NCBI GenBank assembly: GCA_963682105.1
Contig: OY821638.1
Location: 570,801 to 634,800, forward strand
Source: Smithellaceae bacterium
GTDB taxonomy: Bacteria; Desulfobacterota; Syntrophia; Syntrophales; Smithellaceae
Length of the DNA: 64,000 bases
Reading direction: 5' to 3'
Of the stretch, positions 22,041 to 31,890 are shown piece by piece. Made by a program: the position numbers and the translations under genes. How positions within the stretch are numbered: the first letter of the stretch is position 1; the number at the start of each line of letters is the position of its first letter. The notes under the pieces were generated by a model that had not been told where the DNA came from, searched no databases, and saw only the letters and a program-made list of their open reading frames with translations.

Positions 22041-23258
22041 ATGCAACGACCGGAATTGCTCATTCCCGCCGGTAATCTGGAAAAATTGCGAACCGCCCTG
22101 CTTTACGGCGCGGATGCAATCTATGTCGGCATTCCGGGCTTAAGCCTGCGCGCCGAGTCGGCGGAGATGACGCTTGACGATCTGGCTACAGGTGTAACTG
22201 AAGCCCATGAGACAAATAGAAAAGTCTATGCCGCGGTCAACACATTCGCCCGCAACACTGATCTGGATGCAGTCCGCAAAATTCTTCCCCCGCTCATGGA
22301 AACAAACATTGATGCGATCATTGTCAGCGATCCCGGATTGATCCGCTTGATCCGTTCCCTTGCACCGCAAATTGCGCTGCATTTAAGCACGCAGGCCAAC
22401 ACCACCAACATCGAGGCCGTCCGCTTCTGGCGCGATCAGGGGGTGAAGCGAATTATTCTGGCGCGTGAATTGTCTCTGGCAGAAGTCGGAGATATTGCCG
22501 CCTCGGTTCCTGAAATGGAGCTGGAAATATTTGTTCACGGCGCCATGTGCATGGCCTTTTCCGGACGCTGCTATCTTTCCGCCCTGCGCAACCGCCGCAG
22601 CGCCAATGAAGGCGACTGCACCCAGCCCTGCCGTTGGGAATATGTTTTACACGAATCCACCAGACCTGATGAACCGCTTATTCTGGAAGAAGACGAACGT
22701 TTTTCCTATCTCCTCAGCTCAAAAGATTTATGCCTCATCGACCATTTGCCGGAAGTGGCAGCCTCAGGCGTGACAAGCATTAAAATTGAAGGCAGGATGA
22801 AATCCTCCTACTATGTGGCCGTTGTAACCAGAACATACCGCCAGGCCATCGATGCCTTCCTGCGAAACGGTCAGCAAAACCGATTCAATCCGGCATGGTT
22901 GGAAGAATTGCAGAAAGTCTCTCACCGCGGTTACACAACAGGCTTTGCCTTCAGCAGCGAAAAAATTACAGAGACCAGTCCCGACGTTAAAAGCATCCAG
23001 ACACACGAACCGGCGGGAATGGTTTTAAGCTATGATAACAATCGTAAGCTTATGCTTATAGAAGTCCGCAATCACTTAAAAGCGGGTGATGATGTGGAGC
23101 TGCTCTTACCTGAAGATATTGTTCAGGTGGATGCAAGTTTAATCTTCGATGAAAGCAAAACGGAGATCCATCAGGCCCATGCCGGAAACCGCATTCTTCT
23201 TCCTTTGCCCTTCCCTGCCCCGAAGGGGGCGATACTAAGGAAAAAAGCAGCTAGATAG
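22041..23258 (+). CDS. Peptidase U32 family protein
   Basis: Starts MQRPELLIPAGNLEKL and contains the E-x-F-x-H-G-A-x-C-x-A-x-S-G-R-C U32 signature (EIFVHGAMCMAFSGRCYLS). The start at 22041 follows GAGG; the track ORF begins at 22023. Confidence 0.82.
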   Translation: MQRPELLIPAGNLEKLRTALLYGADAIYVGIPGLSLRAESAEMTLDDLATGVTEAHETNRKVYAAVNTFARNTDLDAVRKILPPLMETNIDAIIVSDPGLIRLIRSLAPQIALHLSTQANTTNIEAVRFWRDQGVKRIILARELSLAEVGDIAASVPEMELEIFVHGAMCMAFSGRCYLSALRNRRSANEGDCTQPCRWEYVLHESTRPDEPLILEEDERFSYLLSSKDLCLIDHLPEVAASGVTSIKIEGRMKSSYYVAVVTRTYRQAIDAFLRNGQQNRFNPAWLEELQKVSHRGYTTGFAFSSEKITETSPDVKSIQTHEPAGMVLSYDNNRKLMLIEVRNHLKAGDDVELLLPEDIVQVDASLIFDESKTEIHQAHAGNRILLPLPFPAPKGAILRKKAAR

Positions 23259-23287
23259 ACTGTAGACTTTTATGCTGTTAGCAAAAA

Positions 23288-23326
23288 CGAAAGCCCCCGC
23301 GGCATCACCGCGGGGGCTTCATTTTA
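23288..23326. terminator. Bidirectional rho-independent terminator between the convergent U32 and ompA-like genes
   Basis: GC-rich stem GAAAGCCCCCGCGG / CCGCGGGGGCTTC (23289-23320), flanked by an A-run on the left and a T-run on the right. Confidence 0.75.
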
Positions 23327-23363
23327 AACCTACAGCCTATAGACTAACAGCCTACAGCCTTTT

Positions 23364-24557
23364 TTACTTCTTAATCACATAATCAACCGCTGCTTCGACA
23401 CGGCGGTTCTTTGCCTTTCCGGCCTTTGTTGCATTGTCAGCAACAGGTTTTTCCAGGCCGAATCCCTCAGCCGTAATGCGATTAGCGTCAATGCCTTTTT
23501 TAACCATGTATTTCTTTACGGCGTCAGCGCGCTTCTGGGACAGTTTCTTGTTGTATGCGGCGCTGCCCACATTGTCGGTATGACCTTCGATAACAACATT
23601 CAGGTCCGGATACTGTTTCATGACACCGACCAGATTGTCGACATCCTTGAAAGAGTTCTTTTTAATGATGTCTTTGTTGGTATCAAACAAGACTCTTAAG
23701 GTGGTTCTGCCCTTTTCGATAATTTCCGGAGCGGCGGCAGCCTTGGGTTTTATTTGCTGAACAACAGGCGGAGGACAACCATCTTTATCCACCTTCACAC
23801 CCTCCGGTGTGCCGGGGCATTTATCCAGATAATCAGGTACTCCGTCTTTGTCGGAATCCAGTGGGCAACCGTCTTTGTCAACGGCTACGCCGGCGGGGGT
23901 GCCGGGGCATTTATCCAGATCGTCTGTAACACCATCTTTATCGGAATCAAGCGGTTCGGGCTTCGCTACGGGTTCCGGAGCGGGAGCGGCGGCCACGGCG
24001 GGAGCGGGTTTTGCACCGCCGAATGCCAGGGTCAAACCAATCGTTGCCAGAAGATTATTGTGCATGCTGTCGAAAGGAATGACATGCCTGACATCAGCGC
24101 GAAGCGCCACGTTATCCGAAAGGAAATATTTGAAACCGGCGCCGTAATCGGCCGTTATCTTATTGCTTTTGTTTTCCGTCGTTAATTCATATGTTGCCGT
24201 ATAATGAATGCCGCCTACACCGACTGCCACAAAAGGAACAAAAGCGCCGTTGGGCAGAATATGGAAGATTCCTTCAATTCCATAACCGTAAGTGTTGATC
24301 TCCTGTGTCTGTTCCTGGTCATTACGGATTTTGGTGGGCATCCAGAGGCCGTAACCTTCAACACCGATGTATTTTGTAAAATTATAACCGGCCCGTAAAC
24401 CCAGGACTATCGCGTTGTCCATGTTCTCGTTGCCTTCAAACTTATACATTCCAACGGTAGGGGTAATATTGACCGACCCGGCGTTAATTTGTGCGTACGC
24501 GGTCGCTACTGTCAACGTCAGCATAAGCATCGTTATAAACACAATTGCTTTTTTCAT
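23364..24557 (-). CDS. OmpA-family outer membrane protein with thrombospondin type-3-like Ca-binding repeats
   Basis: 397 aa. It has a signal peptide (ATAYA), an N-terminal beta-barrel region, two repeats of DSDKDGVxDxLDKCPGTPxGVxVDKDGCP, and a C-terminal OmpA peptidoglycan-binding domain (GHTDNVGSAAYNKKLSQKRA). Confidence 0.87.
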   Translation of the reverse strand: MKKAIVFITMLMLTLTVATAYAQINAGSVNITPTVGMYKFEGNENMDNAIVLGLRAGYNFTKYIGVEGYGLWMPTKIRNDQEQTQEINTYGYGIEGIFHILPNGAFVPFVAVGVGGIHYTATYELTTENKSNKITADYGAGFKYFLSDNVALRADVRHVIPFDSMHNNLLATIGLTLAFGGAKPAPAVAAAPAPEPVAKPEPLDSDKDGVTDDLDKCPGTPAGVAVDKDGCPLDSDKDGVPDYLDKCPGTPEGVKVDKDGCPPPVVQQIKPKAAAAPEIIEKGRTTLRVLFDTNKDIIKKNSFKDVDNLVGVMKQYPDLNVVIEGHTDNVGSAAYNKKLSQKRADAVKKYMVKKGIDANRITAEGFGLEKPVADNATKAGKAKNRRVEAAVDYVIKK

Positions 24558-24669
24558 TTTTCTCTCCTTTTTTAATCTTAATAATTTTAACCGGCCTTTC
24601 GGGCCGCTTCATTTATGTAAACTCTACTCTTCTTTTATTAAACGTCTTATCTTATGAATCCGTTACTAA

Positions 24670-24698
24670 TATATAGAGTTTCATTTGCTCAATGTCAA
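24670..24698 (-). promoter_or_regulatory. Candidate sigma-70 promoter for the ompA-like gene
   Basis: On the minus strand: TTGACA (24698-24693), a 17-nt spacer, then TATATA (24675-24670). Confidence 0.45.
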
Positions 24699-24745
24699 CT
24701 TTTTTCCTCTTTTTTAAATTTCGTTTTTTTAATGCAGTCTTTTAT

Positions 24746-25909
24746 TCAGAGACAGAGATTCAGTATTTTTCGCATGACATCTAAAGTGACGTCCTGATTT
24801 TCTCCGAGATTGACCATGCCGTGCATCTCAAGCAGGCGAATAACCTTATCGATGTCAATATTGGCAAGGCCGTAATCGCTCAAACGCGTCGGCACCCCCA
24901 TTTTTTCAAAAAACAGCCGCGTATGCTCAATAGCGCCGCTTATGCGGTCCGTATCACTGCCGGATGTAATACCCCAGATACGTTCGGCGTATTGCACAAG
25001 CTTTTGACGCTTGCCGTCCGCCCGGACATAAAGCATGGACGGCACCAGAACAGCCAGCGTTTGAGCATGATCAAGACCATACAACATGGTGAGCTCATAA
25101 CCCAGGCGATGCGCCGCCCAGTCCTGTGGGACACCCACGCCGATTAGTCCGTTGAGCCCCAGCGTTGCGCACCACATCAGATTTGCGCGGACATCATAAT
25201 CGTCAGGATTGGCAAGCGCCTTCGGTCCTTCTTCAAGAAGCAGCAAAAACAGCCCTTCCGCCAGACGATCCTGAACCCTGCCGCCGACAGGATACGTCAT
25301 GTACTGTTCAATCACATGCACAAACGTGTCGACAACGCCGTTTCCGACCTGACGGGGCGGCAACGTCAGGGTCTTCGTCGGATCCAGTACGGCAAAGCGG
25401 GGAAACAAATTGGAATTCATGATGGCCTGTTTGAACATCAGGGCTTTTCTTGAAATAATGGCGCGGCTGTTTGTTTCGGACCCGCTTGCAGGAAGTGTCA
25501 CAACACAGCCAACCGGAAGCGCCTGACGAATCGCTGCGCCTTTATTTTCCAGTAATAAAGAGGAATCTCCATCAAAAGGAATGGCAGCGGCCATGAATTT
25601 GGTTCCGTCGATCACTGACCCGCCGCCGATAGCCAGCAGAAATTCAATTTCTTTCTCCCTGGCCAGCGCTATGCCCTTTAAAAGCATTTCATATTCCGGA
25701 TTCGGTTCGATACCGCTGAATTCGGTCATGTCGAACCCTGCAAGAGCCGCCCTGACTTCATCGAGCACGCCATATTTTTTGGCGCTCTCGGCTCCATAAG
25801 TGATCATCACACGGGCGTTTGGCGGCACTTCGCGGCCGATCTGTTCAATCATATTTTTTCCAAAAAGAACTTTTGTGGGATTTTGAAACGTAAAATTGAG
25901 CATTTTCAT
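24746..25909 (-). CDS. Iron-containing (group III) alcohol dehydrogenase, YqhD/butanol dehydrogenase-like
   Basis: 387 aa with a GGGSVIDGTK NAD(P)-binding motif and conserved His-rich metal-binding regions (VDTFVHVIEQY, AAHRLGYELT). Confidence 0.85.
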   Translation of the reverse strand: MKMLNFTFQNPTKVLFGKNMIEQIGREVPPNARVMITYGAESAKKYGVLDEVRAALAGFDMTEFSGIEPNPEYEMLLKGIALAREKEIEFLLAIGGGSVIDGTKFMAAAIPFDGDSSLLLENKGAAIRQALPVGCVVTLPASGSETNSRAIISRKALMFKQAIMNSNLFPRFAVLDPTKTLTLPPRQVGNGVVDTFVHVIEQYMTYPVGGRVQDRLAEGLFLLLLEEGPKALANPDDYDVRANLMWCATLGLNGLIGVGVPQDWAAHRLGYELTMLYGLDHAQTLAVLVPSMLYVRADGKRQKLVQYAERIWGITSGSDTDRISGAIEHTRLFFEKMGVPTRLSDYGLANIDIDKVIRLLEMHGMVNLGENQDVTLDVMRKILNLCL

Positions 25910-26023
25910 CTCCGGCAGATCATGAAAGACTTAAAAAAGTTTACGATCATCAGTTGATATTTATAAATAAGCCCCCCAGCCGTGTCAACATAAAAATCTC
26001 CTTCCCCCGCCTTCAGCCTTTTT

Positions 26024-26100
26024 CCTTGAACCTTGAACCTTGAACCTTGAACCTTGAACCTTGAACCTTGAACCTTGTACCTTGTCCCTCGCCCCTCGCC
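26024..26100. repeat. Heptanucleotide tandem repeat: (CCTTGAA)x7, CCTTGTA, CCTTGTC, (CCTCGCC)x2
   Basis: Read directly from the sequence: 11 contiguous 7-nt units in the divergent intergenic region between adh (minus) and glyQ (plus). Confidence 0.95.
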
Positions 26101-26212
26101 TATTCGCTTATCTTGACCCCATCGCCCTTTCGTGCTAGTTAGCGCAGGTTATTTTGCAGTTACGGATTCTTATGCAGGACCCGTAATTCCGGCAACCATT
26201 AAGGAGGACATT

Positions 26213-27085
26213 GTGACTTTTCAGGAATTAATTTTTGCTCTCGAAAAATACTGGGACTCTCAGGGATGCGTCATCCAGCAGCCTTATGATCTTGAAGTCG
26301 GCGCGGGCACGTTCCATCCCGCCACTTGTCTGCGCGCACTCGGACCGGAACCATGGAACGTCGCCTATGTTCAACCGTCCCGCCGTCCCACAGACGGCCG
26401 CTACGGCGAAAATCCCAACCGGTTGCAACACTACTACCAGTATCAGGTCATCATGAAACCGTCGCCGGTTAATATACAGGAACTCTATCTCAACTCGCTT
26501 CGAAGTTTCGGCATTGATCCTCTCGAACACGACATCCGCTTTGTTGAGGACGACTGGGAATCTCCGACGCTGGGCGCCTGGGGACTGGGCTGGGAAGTCT
26601 GGCTCGACGGTATGGAAATTTCGCAATTCACTTACTTTCAGCAGGTCGGCGGTTTCGACTGCAATCCCGTCTGCGCGGAACTGACCTACGGCACCGAACG
26701 CATCGCCATGTACATCCAGGGCGTCAACAATGTTTACGACCTGCAGTGGACGGATAAAATCAAATACGGGGACGTCCATCACCGCGGCGAGGTGGAGTTT
26801 TCAACGTATAATTTTGAAGTGGCGGATATTCCCATGCTGCGCAAACTCTTTGACATGTACGAAGAAGAAGCCCTGCGCATTGCCGAGAAGAAACTGCCGC
26901 TGCCGGCCTACGATTACTGTCTGAAATGTTCCCATACATTTAACCTGCTCAACGCGCGCGGCGCCATCAGCGTGGCGGAACGCACAAGCTACATCGGCCG
27001 GGTGAGAAATCTGGCGCGCATCAGCGCGGAGCTTTACTTGAAACAGCGCGAAGAACTGGGATACCCCCTCTTAAAAACGACATAG
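26213..27085 (+). CDS. glyQ: Glycine--tRNA ligase alpha subunit
   Basis: GTG start at 26213 preceded by AAGGAGG; the track ORF begins at 26132. The sequence (V)[18 protein letters not shown]...[19 protein letters not shown] is highly typical of GlyQ. Confidence 0.9.
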   Translation: MTFQELIFALEKYWDSQGCVIQQPYDLEVGAGTFHPATCLRALGPEPWNVAYVQPSRRPTDGRYGENPNRLQHYYQYQVIMKPSPVNIQELYLNSLRSFGIDPLEHDIRFVEDDWESPTLGAWGLGWEVWLDGMEISQFTYFQQVGGFDCNPVCAELTYGTERIAMYIQGVNNVYDLQWTDKIKYGDVHHRGEVEFSTYNFEVADIPMLRKLFDMYEEEALRIAEKKLPLPAYDYCLKCSHTFNLLNARGAISVAERTSYIGRVRNLARISAELYLKQREELGYPLLKTT

Positions 27086-27124
27086 TTTGATAAGCCAATT
27101 TTGGGAGATCATTCGGGAGATAAA

Positions 27125-29203
27125 ATGAATAACGAACTGCTTTTTGAAATCGGAACAGAAGAAATACCCGCCGGATTTTTATCCAAAGCGGTGGTTGATA
27201 TGGAAGAAATTATCAGCAAGTCGCTTGCGGAAAAACGCATCGCGGCGAGTGGTATCCGGTGTCTGGCCACGCCGCGTCGTCTGCTGCTCACCATTGCGGA
27301 TCTGGCTCCGAAACAGGAAGATCAGACCATCGAAAAACTGGGACCGGCAAAAAGAGCAGCTTTCGATGAAAACGGCCAGCCGACCAAAGCCGCTCAGGGT
27401 TTTGCCCGGGGACAGGGCCTGGAAGTGTCGCAGCTCGAAACCATCGTTACGGAAAAAGGAGAATATCTGGGCGCCCGCAAAACCATCGCCGGACAGCCCA
27501 CGGCCGAACTGCTTCCCGATATCCTCAAAAGCTTCATGCTCGCCATCCCCTTTCGCAAATCCATGCGCTGGGCCGCTTATGATTTAAGATTCGCGCGGCC
27601 GATTCACTGGCTTCTGGCGCTCTACGGCGGCAAGGTCGTCCCGCTTAAAATTGAAGACATTGAAAGCGGCAACACCTCCTGCGGCCATCGTTTTATGAGC
27701 CCCGACGCTTTTGCCGTCACCGGTTTTGAAGATTATCTGGCTAAAGCCAGAGAAAATTTCGTCATCGCCGATCCGGACGAAAGAAGAAAACTGATTCAGG
27801 AAGAAGCTCAAAAATCGGCGGCCGAAGTAGGCGGCAAACTCTTCTATTCGGAAGACCTTCTGGAAACCATCAGTTTCATCGTTGAATACCCGGTCATCGT
27901 TCGCGGACACTTTGACGAGAGCTATCTGCAACTCCCCAAAGAAGTGCTCACAACCACCATGATCTCTCATCAGAAATATTTCCCGGTCGTGGATCATGAC
28001 GGAAAACTTCTGCCTTATTTCATCGCGGTCAGCAACACGAAATCCCGCGATCTGTCCGTTGTAGCCAGCGGCAACGAGCGTGTGCTTCGGGCGCGTCTGG
28101 CGGATGCATCGTTCTTCTTTGAAGAAGACAAGAAAGTGCCTCTGGAAGACCGTGTGGAATCCCTCAAAAAAGTCGTTTTCCATACACTTCTGGGAACATC
28201 GCATAAGAAGGTGCTCCGCTTCCGTAAACTGGCTGTAAAAATCGCCGCCGCATTGAAAGTCAAACCGTCTGTCAAGAAAAATGTCGACCGCGCGGCGCAT
28301 CTGGCCAAAGCCGACCTGGAATCACTCATGGTGGGCGAATTTTCAGAACTTCAGGGTATTATGGGGCGTGAATATGCGCTTCTGGCCGGAGAAGATCCTG
28401 CCGTCGCCGGCGCCATTTATGAGCATTATCTGCCAATTGTCGCAGGCGGCGATCTGCCCAAATCCGATGAAGGCGCCATCGTCGGCATAGCCGATAAAGT
28501 TGATACGATCGTCGGCTTCTTCAGCGTCGGCATGCCTCCCACAGGAACGGCAGACCCCTACGCATTGCGTCGTCAGGCTCTTGGAATCATTAATATTATT
28601 TTAGCCCGTCACTACAGCCTCAGCCTGAATTTCCTCATTGATGAAAGTCTGGCCCTCCTGAAAGACGTTTTGAAAAAACCGGCGGCGGACATCAAAAAAG
28701 ACGTTCTCGATTTCTTCAAGGGTCGTCTTCAGAACCAGTTGATTTCCCAGGGATTCGCCTATGACACGGTGGATGCCGTTGTGGCCACCGACATTGATGA
28801 TCTGGTTGTCATTATTGAAAAAATCCAGGCCCTTCAGGATTTCCGGCAAAATCCGGAATTTGAACCTATTTCTGTTGCGTTCAAACGCGTGGACAATATT
28901 CTCAAAGATTTCAAAGAAGGTCAGATTGATGTGAATCTGCTGGTCGCAGACGCGGAAATAAAACTGTTTTCATCCTTTGAGACGATCAAACTGCGTGTGG
29001 AAAAAGGCATCGCCGAAAAGGATTTCAACGCCGCCCTCAATAAACTGGCTGCCCTGCGCCCCCCCGTGGATGCTTTCTTTGATAATGTCATGGTGATGGA
29101 CAAAGATGAAAAAATCCGCTTCAACCGTTTGTCTTTGCTGGCGGACATTTCATATTTATTCCATAAAATCGCTGACTTTTCAAAAATAGTCACAGCCGGT
29201 TGA
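27125..29203 (+). CDS. glyS: Glycine--tRNA ligase beta subunit
   Basis: Start at MNNELLFEIGTEEIP (ATG at 27125). About 692 aa, with typical GlyS N-terminal and anticodon-binding regions. It follows glyQ. Confidence 0.9.
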   Translation: MNNELLFEIGTEEIPAGFLSKAVVDMEEIISKSLAEKRIAASGIRCLATPRRLLLTIADLAPKQEDQTIEKLGPAKRAAFDENGQPTKAAQGFARGQGLEVSQLETIVTEKGEYLGARKTIAGQPTAELLPDILKSFMLAIPFRKSMRWAAYDLRFARPIHWLLALYGGKVVPLKIEDIESGNTSCGHRFMSPDAFAVTGFEDYLAKARENFVIADPDERRKLIQEEAQKSAAEVGGKLFYSEDLLETISFIVEYPVIVRGHFDESYLQLPKEVLTTTMISHQKYFPVVDHDGKLLPYFIAVSNTKSRDLSVVASGNERVLRARLADASFFFEEDKKVPLEDRVESLKKVVFHTLLGTSHKKVLRFRKLAVKIAAALKVKPSVKKNVDRAAHLAKADLESLMVGEFSELQGIMGREYALLAGEDPAVAGAIYEHYLPIVAGGDLPKSDEGAIVGIADKVDTIVGFFSVGMPPTGTADPYALRRQALGIINIILARHYSLSLNFLIDESLALLKDVLKKPAADIKKDVLDFFKGRLQNQLISQGFAYDTVDAVVATDIDDLVVIIEKIQALQDFRQNPEFEPISVAFKRVDNILKDFKEGQIDVNLLVADAEIKLFSSFETIKLRVEKGIAEKDFNAALNKLAALRPPVDAFFDNVMVMDKDEKIRFNRLSLLADISYLFHKIADFSKIVTAG

Positions 29204-29350
29204 TGAACGGAAGTTCCCTTTCCGTACCCAAGGACACTTTTTAAAGAGAAATTTCATTTTTTTTCTCTTCCGGACAGAATTTTTTATCAAATTTGACCGA
29301 TAACAATTTGGTAGTAATAATTCAACGATCAAACCGGGAGAAATACCTGA

Positions 29351-31651
29351 ATGAGCTTTCAGTTTAAACCTGATTCCCTGAACTCCAGCATGGACGAAAG
29401 GCTGAGGATTCGGAAAAATCTTCAGGAAATAACGAACCGCATCCATGCAGCTCAGAACATTGCTCATATTCTTGTTGAAATAAAAGACGGAATTCTCAAT
29501 CTTTTCAACGCTTCTTCCATTACCATCTATGTCGTCGACAAACATCACGATGAAATCTATTCGATGTTTCTGGCCGGCACGCAAATCAAGGAAATTCGCG
29601 TCCCGATAAGCAGCCAGAGTATCGCCGGTTATGTCGCCAATACCTACAATATCGTAAATATCGGAGATGCTTACAACCAGGCTGAACTCAAAGCCATCGA
29701 TTTCGAACTGACCTTCGACTCGAGTTGGGATAAAAAATCAGGATTCCGAACCAGACAAATTCTTGCGGCGCCAATCTTTTATGAAGATCAACTCATGGGC
29801 GTCATACAGATTCTGAACAAAAAATTCGGCGAAGGCAAATTTTCCGAAGACGAAGTCGGCCTGGCCATGGAAATTGCCGAAGTGTTAGGCGTTGCTTTTT
29901 ATAACCAGCAGCGTTTTTCTCGCCGCCGTAAAACCCGCTTCGATTTTCTGATCACCCGCGGTCTGATCAAAGAAGAAGAAATGGAAGCGGCCTGGGATGA
30001 GGCCAGGGAGCAAAAAGAGTCCATCGAACATTTTTTAATGCGTAAGCATCGAATTTCCAAGGATGACATCGGCCATTCCTTTGAAGAATTCTATCGCTGC
30101 CGCTTTATTGAATACAATGAAAAAGCGGTCATTCCCGGCGATTTAATAAAAAATTTACGAAAAGACTACCTTCGCCGGGAAGTTTGGGTCCCATTGGAAA
30201 AAATTGATAATTATATCCATGTTATTGTTGATGATCCCAACAATATCCTGAAAAGAGACGCCATCGAGAACCTGCTGAAAACAAAAAAAGTAAAATACGA
30301 CATCGCTCTGACGGATGATATTCAGAAATTTATCAATCTCTTTTTCCAAACGGGAGACACTGAAAGCTCTTTCACTGATCTACTGGGAAAACTTGACGAT
30401 GAAGACAGGCCTGCCGATGACGAGGAAGGAACAGAGGACGTCACCGAATCCGACAGCGTGATCATGCAGCTTGTCAATAAAATCATCAATGACGCTTACG
30501 CCCGCCGGGCTTCCGATATCCACATTGAACCGAATGTCGGAAAGAAAAACGTGGAAATCCGCTTCCGTGTCGACGGTGATTGCGCTGTTTATCAGACAGT
30601 GCCTTATAGTTACAAAGCCGCCATGATTTCGCGCATTAAAATCATGTCGAACCTGGACATCACCGTTAAAAGACTGCCGCAGGACGGCAAGATCAAATTC
30701 CGACGGGCTTCAGGCGATGAGATTGAGCTTCGTGTGGCGTCAATTCCCACCCAGGGCGGCGTTGAAGACGTCGTCATGCGTATTCTGGCCAAAGGTGAAA
30801 CCATGCCCCTGGAAGACATGGGCCTTTCAAAACGCAATTATAACGAACTCACCAAGACCATTACCAAACCGTACGGTATGATTCTGGTTGTGGGCCCGAC
30901 CGGTTCCGGTAAAACGACCACTCTGCATGCGGCGCTGCATCACATCAATCGTCCGGACCGGAAGATCTGGACCGCCGAAGACCCTGTGGAAATCACTCAG
31001 TATGGTTTGCGCCAGGTGCAGGTTCAGCCTAAAATCGGTTTTGATTTTGCGGCGGCCATGCGATCCTTTTTGCGCGCCGATCCGGACGTCATCATGGTCG
31101 GTGAAATGCGTGACTTTGAAACCGCTAAAACAGGTGTAGAAGCTTCTTTGACCGGCCATCTGGTCTTCAGCACCCTGCATACCAACAGCGCCCCGGAAAC
31201 CATCGTGCGCCTTCTGGATATGGGCATCGATCCTCTTAACTTCGCCGATGCATTGCTGGCCATCCTGGCTCAGCGTCTGGTTCGCACTCTTTGCAAAACC
31301 TGCAAGGAACAGTATCATCCGACCAAAGAAGAATACGATGAAATCGCGGAGAGCTACGGTGCGGAAGAATTTGCAAAACTTGGCATTCCCTATAATGACG
31401 ACTTCAAATTACATCGCCCCAAGGGATGTGATATTTGCGATAAAACCGGCTATAAAGGCAGAATGGGCATTCACGAGCTGCTGGTGGCATCGGACAATAT
31501 CAAAAGACTCATTCAGAAACATGAAGCCGTTGAGGGCCTCAGAAACCAGTCCATGTCGGAAGGCATGACCACGCTTCTCCAGGACGGTATACACAAATCC
31601 CTCGCCGGATTTACCGATTTTACGCAGGTTCGCAGAGTCTGCATCAAATAA
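29351..31651 (+). CDS. GAF domain + T2SSE_N domain + GspE/PilB-family secretion-type ATPase (catalytic motifs intact)
   Basis: 766 aa. GAF-like region at about aa 30-185 and a GspE N-terminal-type domain at about aa 195-335, then an acidic linker. Motifs present: Walker A GPTGSGKTT (30893-30919), Asp box TAEDPVE, Walker B DPDVIMVGEMRD, His box TGHLVFSTLHTN, and tetracysteine CKTC...CDIC. Confidence 0.87.
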   Translation: MSFQFKPDSLNSSMDERLRIRKNLQEITNRIHAAQNIAHILVEIKDGILNLFNASSITIYVVDKHHDEIYSMFLAGTQIKEIRVPISSQSIAGYVANTYNIVNIGDAYNQAELKAIDFELTFDSSWDKKSGFRTRQILAAPIFYEDQLMGVIQILNKKFGEGKFSEDEVGLAMEIAEVLGVAFYNQQRFSRRRKTRFDFLITRGLIKEEEMEAAWDEAREQKESIEHFLMRKHRISKDDIGHSFEEFYRCRFIEYNEKAVIPGDLIKNLRKDYLRREVWVPLEKIDNYIHVIVDDPNNILKRDAIENLLKTKKVKYDIALTDDIQKFINLFFQTGDTESSFTDLLGKLDDEDRPADDEEGTEDVTESDSVIMQLVNKIINDAYARRASDIHIEPNVGKKNVEIRFRVDGDCAVYQTVPYSYKAAMISRIKIMSNLDITVKRLPQDGKIKFRRASGDEIELRVASIPTQGGVEDVVMRILAKGETMPLEDMGLSKRNYNELTKTITKPYGMILVVGPTGSGKTTTLHAALHHINRPDRKIWTAEDPVEITQYGLRQVQVQPKIGFDFAAAMRSFLRADPDVIMVGEMRDFETAKTGVEASLTGHLVFSTLHTNSAPETIVRLLDMGIDPLNFADALLAILAQRLVRTLCKTCKEQYHPTKEEYDEIAESYGAEEFAKLGIPYNDDFKLHRPKGCDICDKTGYKGRMGIHELLVASDNIKRLIQKHEAVEGLRNQSMSEGMTTLLQDGIHKSLAGFTDFTQVRRVCIK

Positions 31652-31890
31652 TCCGCTGTCTTTTCATTTCAAATTACGTCATCGATGTTCATTGTATCTT
31701 TCTCTCGTTTGATCTTCCGCCTGAAAGATCAAACGCTGTTATCTTCTTTACATTTTGTTCAATGCTTTAAACGTTTCATTGAAAGAAAAGAGAGAAAAAG
31801 TCTTCCTTCTCACAGCACAGCATCAAGACCAACCATTATTTCCAATAACAATTCATATGCTTACAAATATCTTTTCAAGATATTCATTTC

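Noticed and set aside
23259-23363. Short repeats (CTACAGCCT x2, TAGAC) and a distal GCTGTTAG / CTAACAGC pairing around the U32/ompA terminator
   Set aside because: These probably just extend the terminator stem or are chance similarity. There is no second copy elsewhere in the window to support a repeat family.
26024-26100. Heptamer array considered as a CRISPR or other spaced-repeat locus
   Set aside because: The units are contiguous with no spacers and are far too short. This is a microsatellite-type tandem repeat.
29300-29320. TTGGTAGTAATAATTCAA upstream of the first GspE-like gene as a sigma-54 promoter
   Set aside because: It lacks both the GC of the -12 element and a proper TGGCAC. 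The match is too weak to call.
29936-30013. Possible MshEN-type c-di-GMP-binding motif (RFDFLITRGLIKEEEMEAAWDEAREQ) in the T2SSE_N region
   Set aside because: It is reminiscent of RLGxxLLxxGLIxxxxLxxxLxxQ, but the Leu-Gly pair is absent and the spacing is one residue short. It cannot be supported without a profile alignment, so it is left as a hypothesis only.
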